Source: Antedon mediterranea (Eukaryota; Animalia; Echinodermata). Taken from it: a stretch of DNA of 64,000 bases. The notes beneath the pieces were generated by a model that saw only the letters and a list, made by a program, of their open reading frames with translations, was not told the origin of the DNA and made no database searches. Where the stretch lies: assembly GCF_964355755.1 (NCBI RefSeq), contig NC_092670.1:24042795-24106794 (forward strand), written 5' to 3'. The translations under genes were made by a program, and so were the position numbers. The first letter of the stretch is position 1. The number at the start of each line of letters is the position of its first letter. Below, piece after piece: positions 1-20,798 of this stretch.

Positions 1-280
1 ATTCTTCGGTCTAATTTTCACAAATTCTTGATTTCAGAATGCAATTTTTAAATAATGTACTGTATTTTGGAACCTTTCTTAAGATAATGTTTATATCAAG
101 AACAGTTTTGGAAAATTAAATAGCATAGTACTGCCAAACATGGACAAATGAACCAAATGCATCAGTCTGACAAACGTTCCATGTCTCGCACGTGGTGATC
201 AAAGATTGTGTTTGTTTGATTGGCACTTGTGCTAATATTTTGTCCATGCTCCAAATCATTTATTGCATTATATTTTTCAG

Positions 281-8292
<8,012 letters not shown>

Positions 8293-10050
8293 AGTGAGAG
8301 ACGCACAGGTCACAGGTCACAAAGGTTAAACAGATTATCAAACAGGTTATCCTTCAGTTGTAGTCCAAACAGTATCTTATCAACGATGATTGATTTTAAA
8401 ATAAATTTAAGACAACCCATCCCCCTCCCCCAACCTGAGTACAAAGCCTGTTTAAAAAGTCTTGCATGTGGTTTCATTCAAACACATTCCTATCTTTCCA
8501 TGTTGTACTTGGCTAAAACTTTTTTTCTTTAATCATGTAATCTTGCAAGAATTATTGAAACACCATGAAATCAACAAAACTTTTCGAAAATACCAAAGCA
8601 GAGTTGTGTGCAGTGATGCATATCTTTTTTAAGTCCGAACAATACTAGCTCGGCTATCGTGTGATACGCGAGAGCCAAGAGATTTGTAATTCCGTTCCAT
8701 ATTTTTCACAAGGTTTAATTTCATTAATATTATAATTAATATTATAATATGGTACTGTAAAGTTATGTTTATGTGTGCTTATGTTTACACATTCACAAAC
8801 ATTGTGAATATTTTGAAACTTAGAAATTGTTTCATGAACAGTTTTAAGACCATGTTTAGAATTCCATAAATATGAGCTATGTGCAGAATTATGAACATTT
8901 TAGGAGACAGGAAGTGAGGTGTGTCCATTCTTTATGACTACATTGTGGTTGGTAATAGTGCAGTATCTTCCTTGATATAGTGTTCAAAAACAAATAAACA
9001 GTAACCACAAATATTCTTAAACATTATAATTAATACCATATTCATATATTTAAAATATTGATATGAATAACTTTATTGTATTCACTAAATTCTAATTTAA
9101 GAACATACTTCCTTGACAAAGGGTCAAATGAAAGACCCCCTATTATCTTCTTCCACGGTCATAATGAATCATGTTTCCGGCCATTTTGACTTTAATGCAT
9201 ACAAGCTGCATCTGTTGATACTAGTGTATGTTTAAATGTTCAAAATACTGGGAAAGAGAAATATGTAAATATATGGTTTAAAAAACTAATAATTTATATT
9301 TTATTGATACTTAATTTTTTTTATTTAAAAAAATTTTACACCAGGGTAAAGTGCAAAGCCATAATGAAGACTCTGTCCTGCAGATACATGTATAAATGAT
9401 TTATTCATAATTAGTGTTCAATTTTGAGGTGCATAACCAGTGACTGCCAACAGAAAATTCAATCATTATTTTAATAAGGTGTAGAGACCATGCAAAAATT
9501 CTACTGCAGTTACTGCAGTAACGCTTACGCTTGTATTCGCTTACGCTTGTATACGCTTACGCTTGTATACGCTTACGCTTGTATACAATCATATAGAAAA
9601 CTTTTTTCTGTGTAATGGTACTCTACACATGGTGACTTCCTTATAAACTTTAGGATCGAAACAAACTTAAACCATACACTATTGCAGTAAAAATTGAGTT
9701 ACTGCAGTAACTGAAGTAGAATGATGTTTGCATAGTCCGTACACTGTATAACATCCTTGAGTTGTTTTTCCCGTCCTATTAGAAAGTAAAAAACATATGA
9801 TTCGAGGTATACATACGGTGGATAATAATTTAACCACACTAAAACTAGAAGATCCACTCAATAATTTCAGAGAAAATGTTAAAACAAGTGTAACATTAAA
9901 TAAAGACACGTTTTGTTATATCTCATCATTTTTAAGACTATAATGAGCCTGAGTCATCTTCATTCCGATATACAGCATTTACAACGATTATTACAAAGCG
10001 TGAAAATATTTTAATTTACCACACTGTACGAAATATATTACATACTTGGA

Positions 10051-10204
10051 AGCTCTGTCTACACTATCAAACTAGTTAGACAAAAAAAAAGAACTGATGT
10101 GCCCAAATATGGTAGTGATATACCCAAATATGATAGTGATATAACATCATCATGTCCATGGGCACATCATATTTTGTGAGTCTAATAGTGTATAGACAGA
10201 GCTT
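10051..10204. mobile_element. PIF/Harbinger-like MITE family A (TIR AGCTCTGTCTACACTATCAAACT); other copies at about 28144-28270, 31980-32111, 42065-42190
   Basis: Terminal inverted repeats and a shared internal GCCCAAATATGGTAGTGATAT motif in four dispersed copies. Superfamily inferred from TIR style and TAA/TTA flanks. Confidence 0.75.
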
Positions 10205-10278
10205 TAGCAAAAAGTAATGCATGTTTTTGTATTTTTGATGATAATATTCATTCTCAAATTGAAATTCGGATTAGGTCC

Positions 10279-10453
10279 AGCTTGGTTCCCACTAGAACGT
10301 AACGCAAGGACGTAAACGCAACGCAAGCGTTTTAACCAATGACAAGCGAAGTTATAGACAGTTAGCAATCACAAGCGAATAAGCCATCGATTGTGATTGG
10401 TCAATTCACTTGCGTTGCGTTACGTCCTTGCGTTGCGTCGCTAGTGGAAACCA
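10279..10453. mobile_element. PIF/Harbinger-like MITE family B (TIR AGCTTGGTTCCCACTAG..CGCAACGCAAG); relatives at about 17690-17767, 43587-43711, 43852-44005
   Basis: Near-palindromic elements of about 150-175 bp with shared CCAATCACAAGCG / GTGATTGGTCA cores. Confidence 0.75.
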
Positions 10454-13400
10454 CCTCTACGGACCCATGGCAGCCTATCATGAACGATAGATTGCCGAAC
10501 GATGTACTGGGTTCTTTAAAGAGTACACGAGATATATATACCAGATATGAGCACTGAACCTCCAGTTTTTCCACCAGAACTAATGGTGGTCCAGTGTATC
10601 TTTAGTTTTAAAAACGTCTGTAGTCCACCAAGATATTTTGAATAATTTAAGATAAATTATAAAGAAAAGTTTACTACTAAATAAAGAAAATATTGACGAC
10701 GTTTCGACCTATTTTGTGTGCGGTTTATTCCATAATATTATAGACTATAAAAAACGTGGTCCTAAGGGAGTTTAGTATATGCTGAGAAAATGTTATATAT
10801 ACTAAACATTATTTATGTTTATTAGATGTTTGGCAAACTAGTGAAATGATCTTTAAATGGACACGTTCCGTAACTAAACTTCACATGAATAAACTACAAG
10901 CTATGAGAAAAAATTTACAAGAAAATTGGTTTAATGCGTCGTTTTAGGTCTACTGTGGTGTTCTATTTTCTTTGTATTGCTCAATAAAACATACCGTGAC
11001 AAAGAAAGTACAGTAGCTAAAAATAAGAACGTTGGGCTTAAAAGATTAGAAAAGTAATTAAGTTGAATTTGAAAAAAAAAACACAGAAAGCTATAAAATC
11101 ATGACAATTTGCATTTGATTTGAAGTACCATAATATTTTTTGTTAAATTTACTGATTAGTTCTGCCAGATGGCGCCCTATATACTAATATTTTAAAAACA
11201 ATCAAATCCGATGTGGCTAACTAAGAATAAAGTTGGTAACAATATGTCGTTAGTACTGAGTAAATTATTTACGATTTCAGGTAGAAATTAGCGTTTTAGT
11301 AATGGAGAATGCACTTTGTATTTCAATTCGGTCGAATTACACATTGCCGTGTGTTGAACGTACTTAAATGTTCCATAATTTTCCATTATTCCGTCTGATT
11401 GTAAATTACGTCACCATCGCGTAACATTTTCTCCGATTGTGATATCGTGAACTATACCCTATATTGTAATCGAATTAAATCCAAGTCGGTCCTAAATCGT
11501 CTCGGACTTTGGTGACTGAGGCGGTTTAGGGCAAACTTGATCGGCTACCTTGTAATATGTAGAGTGAACACTACCCTTTTAGTCAAATTAATCACTTTGG
11601 GCAGCTGATTATTATCTTCCTCGAACAACACGAATCACGTTATCTAATTTTAACAAGGATCTACACATTTGGGCTACCAAACATGGCGCAATGTGCGGTA
11701 TTCTGTAACTAGTCTAGATGGCAATTAATTATAGAATGAGCCCTGATAACGACTGAATCTTTATTTTACACTATATTCTACTATTCTACTATAAAGCGCA
11801 GTCAAAATGTGTGCCCAAAAGCTTTCAAACGGAGCGATTGATTGAAATTGAATTTAACATATCCCTACCGTATCGTTTGTAAGCCAGGCTAAATTTAAGG
11901 GCAATTATGATAAATGCCCAACATCTAGTTTTACGAATTTGGAATCTGATCAAGTACTAAATGAACCTACATAAAAAATAAAAATAAATATTCTTTCTCG
12001 ATGTTTTTTTATTTTGCGGGCGATTGCAATTTAACGCCACTGATGGACTAGACGAGTAAACGACTCCCACGTTGAATGTAAACTGTAACGCTTTAATTCA
12101 GGCTATTACAGCGTTCACGTTTCTATTTCAACGCAACATTTTATAGCTCTATGGTACAGTTTACCGAGAGTTATGTATCTGAATACGGTAGAAAAATTAA
12201 TTAGCAAAAGGAATAATGTGACGTCTGTAGCTTAACAAGAAGTGCGAATTTTACGGGGATTCATAAATAAATAGAATTCACTCGAATCGAAGAGAGTCAG
12301 ATTATATATATTTATTTCCATACTTTTTCACGATGCGGCAAAATGCGTAACCAATCGTTTAGTTTAGGAATTTCCGATGTGTACGAATAGATTCACTTTA
12401 AAGATTAGCCTATTCTCTGTAGGCCTAACTGTATCTCCAGCCAGTATCATAGCAAAGTACCATGATACAGTATCACATGTGTTTCACAATATCGCCAAGT
12501 ACCATAGACCATAACCTAACCCTTAACCTAACATTACATGATGCAGGCACATCATGTGATACACTTGAGATGCTGTATTACGGACATTTCCTGGAGACTG
12601 GGCACATAATGTTATAAGTGAAGATACAGCACTGCTATTCGGATGTAAAATCAAGATGATGTGCTGTATTAACGCGAGGTTGTATTTGCCCCAGTTTCAC
12701 TTGTTCGTAATCGTTTTTACGGTTTTACATCATCTCTAGAAAGAAAACATGGTCATTTGTCTAAAATTTAAAAGCAAAAACTGTAGACAAAGTGACACTT
12801 TAATTGCAATATTGAAACTGATTGGCAGAGCATTACCTTTATAGATACCATTTGTATTTTTTGATAGACATTTAGACAGATGCAGACAATTGTTATTACG
12901 CCACAGTTTTTTAAGTATCTGGCCGGCCTTCATCATTAAACCATTGAATTTTACGATATTGTTATAAATACTTTTGGCTAAACTCATAATCTACATTCTC
13001 GCTTAACATAGGGAGAGGTAGTTTGGATCTACGTAGGCCTATCTTACGTTTGTAACGGTACCATGTTACATAGAACCCTATTAAATGGACACCTTCGGAA
13101 ACAAATTAAGTGTAGCCGTAGTCGAGGTGTCCCAAATGAGATCTACTGTACTTCGAAATTGACAAATACATGCACTCCAAGAACTTACCAAAACACTTTG
13201 CAAATAGGGAGGGCATTAGAGGGCGTGCTATTTAATATTTCGACCCATATTGAAGATATAAATAACTCGAGCTTTTAGTAATCTTTTGTGACGTTACTAT
13301 ATACAGTATATCGATTTTCCTGTTGTCGTTTTTGAAAGGACGATTGTATCAAGTAAAAAGTAATTTTTAAAAATGCATATGATGCCTGCTAGTCTACTGT

Positions 13401-16400
13401 CTGAACTAATACAGTGCTTACAATATCGATTTTGTTCTCTCTCCAGTGAACTCTATCATTCCGTCTTAAGTTTGTAAGTTCAACTTAAAAAATAAAGAAA
13501 TGTTATACGTTGATGAAATGACTGATTGATTAATTTTTTCGTTACTATAGACTATATTCTTTAATCTTATTTCTTGTGGATAGTTTAAAAACCGTCTGTT
13601 AATGTCACTAAAAAAACCCAGTAATGAATGATGTGCCGAAAATGTCTCAAAATGTGTATGAGTTGTCGCTGTACAAAACAATGTTCATTAGAAGTGTACA
13701 TTGCTGTCTCGTTGTTGTTGTAATAAGAGAGAGTTGAGAGAGAACCGTGGACCGTCAACCTTTACTTTTGTTGTGGTGATTACTAATGTAATCATCTTCG
13801 ATACGTGCTTGGAATAATATTCCATGGAATAGTTCGAGTTGAAGGGAAAGCAATGTATCCTTTTATTAACATTTGGGTTAAACAACCCAGAGGGTTTATT
13901 ATTATGCCCACATTCTAAAAGCTATAGTTTTAAGAAGTACCTGTAAACCTGACAATCAAACGTGTTCAGAAAGATATTTAATGCGTTACTATTCAATATT
14001 CATACTCTGTTGTTCACTAGTAATGACATTTAATAGAGTATTCGTTAGGGAGTAAAGAACATTTTACAGTAGAATTATATGAATATTTAATATAGATTAT
14101 CGCTCGATATAAGATAAGTTTTTGTACGCGTTTAAATTTACTTTATTTTATTCTCTTAAAAAGAGATCAAAACAATTGAAATACATATTATAATTAGTAT
14201 CATGATATTAATATTTTTGTAGTTGCAAATTAACGACGCGTCTGTGTATACTTCCATGTCCCTTCTTTTGTGATGAAGTCCCTGATAAACTTTCTAACGA
14301 AGGTTTTTTTTCCATCCCAAACTTGTCGAAGCTCAGCGACGCCAAATTAGATATTTTCACCGTTTTGGCGTCGATTTGTATCTGTAGGCCTATTTGTATG
14401 CTTAGTTTCCAGTCGGCATTTCAATCTCTGTCTGTAAAAACTAGAAATCAAACGTATGAAACGTTATGTGTGCCAAAATATGTTTTTACCCGAATCACCG
14501 TCTATAACCTAACAGTTCCTATGGAGAAAACAGGCAAAACTCAATACTTGTTCAAAGTGCATTGAAAACTATGCAGAAACTTATTTCTCCTAGTGGTTTG
14601 TGTTTAGTAGTGTAAAAGTGCAAACGCACACGTAAATAACTTGTTTAAAAACATGTTAAATTCTCCCTCATCTTGAAGTTCACAATAAATTGTCCTAAAA
14701 TAAATGATACATTTCGCTGAAAATGTATCATAAAGCTAAACAGTGCTTTGTTGGATCTTTTTAACATGTTATTGTTAGATGTCATTAATGTAATTTCAAT
14801 TAAAAAAGATTTTAATACGAATTAAGTCCCAAACGACCTGTCGAAATATTGTCACCATAAAGAGCACAAAATTCAAATATAATTTATGACACGCTCCTCA
14901 CAGGATAAACTGCACTTTGTACCGTATACAGTGTATTGGATAATGTCGAGTCTGATAAAGCCGATTTTAGGCTTAGTATACGTACAATATTTGTTTTATT
15001 ACATACTAATTACTATAGACAATATACATCTTAATTTTATTCCGTTTATTGTTTTATTTCGAAGTTATATTCACATAAAACATCGACGGTCCAAATTTAT
15101 AATATAATCCACGCAACCACATCGATGTATCGTGACGTCACAAAACTAGAGGGTTAACTCGCTTCGCTCGCATACATTCTAGAAAGTAAACGCATAACGA
15201 TGACAAAACGTTGACCTCTATTTTACAAAAATACTGAACTTTTTTTATTTGACCCCCCTGATTTGGGTTTTATTTTCCCTTATTGGAATAGAAATTCATT
15301 TTAAAATGTAATTACAGATTTGTATATTAATGCACAAACGTTTGATTCCCAGGTTTTTAAACACACCGTTCAGAATTACGAAAGTTCTGTATTCGGCCAT
15401 AGAGATATTATAGTACTATAATATCTCTGTGATTCGGCTAAACCCTCTTAAATCCTTGTATTATTCAATAGCCCGTATGTGATGTCTCCTGCTTACGTCA
15501 TAACACGGATTTCCTACGATATCGTTTTGATCGATATGTTAAACCATGTAGATCTTACTTGATTTGGAAATAAGTAAATCCGTCGCCAAACTATCATGTC
15601 CTTGCGAGCACATGCGGCGCGAGTATGCTCGAGGGCTACAGTATATATAATATAATATTCCTAATCCAAAATATGTCCTAATTTTTTAAATAAAAATAGG
15701 CCTAAAATGCATCGGCTGAATTATGAATGTATTTCACACTAAAAAGGCAAATCATAATTCCGGTTGTACTGTATTATATTGCATAGCCAATGATTTATTC
15801 CCCAGGAGTACTGGAGGAGCTGCATATGTGTTTTAATAATTCATTATTCTTGTAAACAAAATAATATTGTATAATTTTGTCGTTTTCCCACGAGAAAATT
15901 GTGGAAAGTTGTTGTAATTATTTTCAGACCTCCTGATTGATTTACGCTGTTTTGAAGGCGAAGGATTAACTTGTCGAAAACAAAACGATTACGCATGATG
16001 TGAAGTTTTAAAAGTTTGCACTTCGTTGACAGAACCATCAACACATTTAAAACAGTTTAACTTGTAACTGTTGTCAACATTGTATATGGTACCGGGTTTA
16101 AAATTATTTTGTATTCACAACAACACTCCTTTCGCATTGCGCACCAAACCTGCAAACACTGCAATACGTCGGTGGTTGTGCTGGCGACCATGCAGTGTGT
16201 GTGTAAACTTTGGATCGAGTTCGAGTTTTGGGCGATAAAAGTGGTATGCGTACTCAGTGATACGATATTCATTTATGATGATCACATACATTACATAATC
16301 GTTGGTTTCCGGTGCCAAAACCGTGTGGTTAACATATTGCAGGCCTACAGTTAATGCAATTACAGAAACTTATATATATATATGTACAAATATGTAAACT

Positions 16401-16873
16401 TAATTATCTTTTAGAGGAACGTATATTTCGACAAGACATTTCTGGAAGAGAACAGTCGTGTAAAAATCCCATTCGAAATGATCATTAAAAACGTATTTGT
16501 TAGTATCATAAAATATTATAGTTGCTGATGGCAGACACGTTAGTGTAACCTGTTTATTGTCACTAGATATGATACCGTACGATTATCGTAATATAAACTT
16601 GTATAATGATTGACAGATTTATTACTTTCAAAAGTCATTATTACTATTGATTAAAAATTGTAGAAATTAATCAGATTGGTTTAAGGGCGGGATGGTTAAA
16701 GACACCGTTTAAGCATTCAAGCCTAAAGCGGAATAAAGTCGTTTATGTTTGAAGGCGTTTAATTTATCGCCATATTGAACGGACGTGGTTTTCTACTGAA
16801 CACTTACAGTAATTCTTTCAAAACGGACATTCTCAAAGAAAATCATTCATAATTGCGTATGTTAAGATACGCC

Positions 16874-17043
16874 AAACGTAACGAAGCTAATTTATAGATT
16901 TTAAGACGAACATCATAACAGGGAGTCTCAATCACAAAGTTATGACACTATAAGCAGGAGAAATACATTTCTCATGCTTATAATTGAGACTCCCTGTTAT
17001 GATATGATCGTCTTAAAATCTAGTAAATAGCTTCGTTACGTTT
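16874..17043. repeat. Inverted repeat, arms of about 58 bp with a 50-bp spacer
   Basis: AAACGTAACGAAGCTA..AACAGGGAGTCTCAAT (16874-16932) versus its reverse complement (16983-17043). Confidence 0.85.
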
Positions 17044-19264
17044 TGAGAAATACTCATTTCGTTTTCTGTATAATTTTGTTATTTTTTTCATCAATAATAA
17101 TGCGTTATTACTGAAGTGTTATTTCTATAACTATAAATGCGACTGTTTGAACTTGATTGACCATATGACCATAAACCACTCTGTGATTCACAAACTTACC
17201 GATTATGAGTTTCATAGTTTGACCTCGTGTTTTATGAACGCTTTTAGTTGGCGTAATTACAGTACCAAGTGCTATCAATTAATAAACCAACAGTTTAAAG
17301 GCACCACAACAGCCGCGGATAGAGAAACGGTCGTGTAAATTATCAGTTAGATCAACTCTTCGTTTGGGAAACAACAACACGAAATGAAAAAAAAAGCTTA
17401 AGCCTAAAGGTTTTACAGCAGTAACTGATGTTCCAGAGTCGTACGACGAGTCGTCGCGTCGGGATAAAATTAAACATGTTTGAAGTTCTCGCGACGACAA
17501 ACTACGCCCGACGCTATCTCTTTCGACTCGTCTCGTCGTGCTGCAACTCAGATATCACCGTCGATCCAAGGCACTTGGCCTTTATTAGAACAATAGTTGT
17601 CCAATATTTGGTTGAACAATATTATTACAATGCCCGCCTTTCACCCATCTTAAGCTTTTTTTAATTTTTTTTTTAATTTGACAATTACGACGACGCGATG
17701 ATCATAATTAATATATCTTGCTTGCTGTACATACGTCATTGCGTCGCGCCCTTCTAGTGGGAACCAAACGTTATCTTTGTAATTGTAATGTTCTAAGAGA
17801 GAGGGTATCCTCCGCATGACTGCCCCTGAGTGTCACTTATTAGCCAATTCTCAACATACGTCAGTGTTGGAACTCTCCCTTTCATTTCGGAGTAGGTCTA
17901 TGGTCTAAAACAATACTAACAGGTGTTTCCACATAGTACGTGTTTTCTAATGCATTGCATGCAATCTACATCATGTATTAGTTGCTATCGTCGATTATAA
18001 CCCATATTAAGAGGACACCTTTGTGACCCAACAAACTGTCCCCTGAATATATCACTGCTAAAACATTATATTATGTAGTATTTTCCACGTCCGTCTCATA
18101 AAGTGTACCCCTTTAATGGGTTTTCCTAAATGAGGCGTGTCATCCCCAACGAATTTTCAAATGTATAAGTCTACCCCTCTTGATCGTCCAAACTGAACGA
18201 TACGCCTAGTTTAGTTAGTCGGGTTGTTTGAAACAATCGTAACGTTTCTGCGACACATGTATAACATCTTTGATACTCTGTTTTGTTATATTAATATATA
18301 ATAGAATTTGTTTTAAATAAATATACCAGTGAGACGTTGTCGCCTCTTTGCATCTGTCAGCATCATTATCTGCCGAAAGTAGTCCGAGACGTTCATGTTT
18401 TATTCATAGTGAGGAAGATGTGTTATAATTAAATTAATCAGTATAGGTAAACAAGTAGGTAATATAATACTGTTTTTCTTACATAGTCTTATTTACATAA
18501 ACGATCCAGACAGATTATTTCAGTTTGTTAGTTACCATATTGTTTTTCCTATTATGGTAGTCATCTTCAAAAAAAAAAATGAAACAATAAAATAATGATT
18601 AATGGCATTAAATGATAACATGATAATGAAAAACTAAATTTGCTTTATTCTTAGAGGGCATGCGTTTGAAATCATGTTTCAAATCATAGAGTGGCCCCTA
18701 AAGTTAAGACTGTTATGCGAATCATTTTATTCATGCGAATCGAAAGCGCTGCGTATTCTGTGACGTAGAAAATTGCGCAACCAATCCGGATTTAGGAATG
18801 TTCGATTCACGGAAGAATGTATTCGCCTCTGACTAAAAAAATGGCCGCCTCACGTGACGGGAGTACAAAACTATGTTCTACACATACCACTTTAGTCTAC
18901 GTTTACAACCCATCGCGGAAAAAAACCGTTTATATAAAAAAAAATGAATTATAATATTATTGAGAAAGGCAACCGACGTATGCCCTGAGGTAGGATATAT
19001 TGAAAATTGGACATTGATGAATGAGAGACGGTCCGACGCATTTGAACACGATCTGCATTTTCCCTAAGACTGTTTTCTGCCAACTTATATCACTGAATAA
19101 TGTTTTCTTACTTTTAAAACCAATAACCGAATAAAGAATTTCATCTACGCATTTTTTTTTATCTCTCCAAATCTTACAATTTTGTGATTTAGAATGATAT
19201 GCGCTTAGTCGAGGTACCGGACTACGTCCAATCTTTGCCAGTTGCATGATAGAGGGAGGTATAC

Positions 19265-19340
19265 ATGATTTTAATTCCTGACTTCATACTATTTAATAAA
19301 GGCTCTTTATTAATAGTATGAAGTCAGGAATTGAATTCAT
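19265..19340. repeat. Near-perfect 76-bp palindrome
   Basis: AATTCCTGACTTCATACTATTTAATAAAG-gct-CTTTATTAATAGTATGAAGTCAGGAATT. Confidence 0.85.
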
Positions 19341-20798
19341 CAAACTCGAGTCTTATACGTTTAAGATTAAATTGTGTTTATTTTAACATGTATAGTTTGA
19401 CGATCATTCAAATGCAAAGCGATTATAACTACGAATTACTTCTACTCGTCGTTAGAGTGTTATAATAACAACTTAATCTTTATATTAATAATATCACTTA
19501 TATTCAAGGTCCTTAGTATTAACACAAGACTGGAATTTAAGGTGACATAACCGTTCACTGAAATGCTGAACAAACGGTTATTTTATGTAGACCGTACTTA
19601 GCAACCCCGTAGACAGGATTTAAGTTTTACAGGGGATACTTTTTTTTCACAGGCAAGCAATTGTCTCCAATGATTTGGCCAAATTTGAGCTAGCCCCAAA
19701 GCCGTCCAATACAGCAATTCGGTTATTGTCTGTAGTTTGGAGGGTTGGTTCTCCAGAAAAAAGCTGCAACAACATGTTGGGAGCAGTCTCATCATACGTG
19801 TTGTCCAACGACCGGAGTAACTGTGAAGCGCTTTAAGGCTTTGAACATGCGCTTATGTAAGAACGGTGATTATTAGGGCATATACTAATAACTATTTAGC
19901 CATTTTAAATAATAGTCTGGGTTCCAGACGGTGTTTTGACTTAATATTAGTAAAAAGAAAATATAAAAAATAAAAGACAATGAATACAGACTTGGGGCAA
20001 GTAATTATTCAATTGGTTTGTACTGACGTGACCTGATTATCTTTGATTTAAAAGAACGTGCATCCATCCTCAAATGGTGCTAATTGACTTGTTGATGACT
20101 ACACTTTGAGACCTGTTAAATTCAGTTTAATTACATCGTAACACAGGAGTAATTGATTGCTCTAACGCAATTTAAGTATCAATATTGTATAACATCATTA
20201 AAGCTGTTGATAAATTGTTTATACTGAGTTATACAATTTAGAATTATCGCCTTGTCGTCAAATGTTTTTTTTTCGTTCTATTTTTAAATCTCAATACATA
20301 AATAATGATTTATGTGTTATGATACATTCTAATAAAATATCTTACTATTTAGCATAACTAAAGTTAGGCCTAAAATGTAGGCCTATACATACAATAGATT
20401 TTATGTATAATTGCTTTTTTGTTTGCGAGGATGGATTCATTTCCTCGATATAAACTGTCCTAACATTTCTTATTTATCATGGCTTTGTTGTAAGGAAAGT
20501 TCTCCACTGCGATTGATGTGGAGCTTTGATTTTGAAGAAAATAAACATTTTAATATAGGCCTAGTAGCCTACTAAGTAGTTTTGGATTAAAATTGGGTGG
20601 TGGTAGATAGTAGAGGAAGGGAACTTTTAGAAACGATGGGGGCGCTCTTTGTGAAGAAAATAAATTAGAGCGAGGAGCAGGAGCTGAGAGGAGGAGGCCA
20701 TGCAATTCAATTAACAACACAAAAAAACAGGTGTCGTGTGTTTTTTTCGTTGATGAACAAATGTGTAGGCCTAATTTCCCCATCATAAATATAAAATC

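Noticed and set aside
13688-16354. Short ORFs in the intergenic interval (e.g. 13688-13885, 16057-16354)
   Set aside because: No recognisable domain or consistent splice chain; an unrecognised small gene or lncRNA cannot be excluded.
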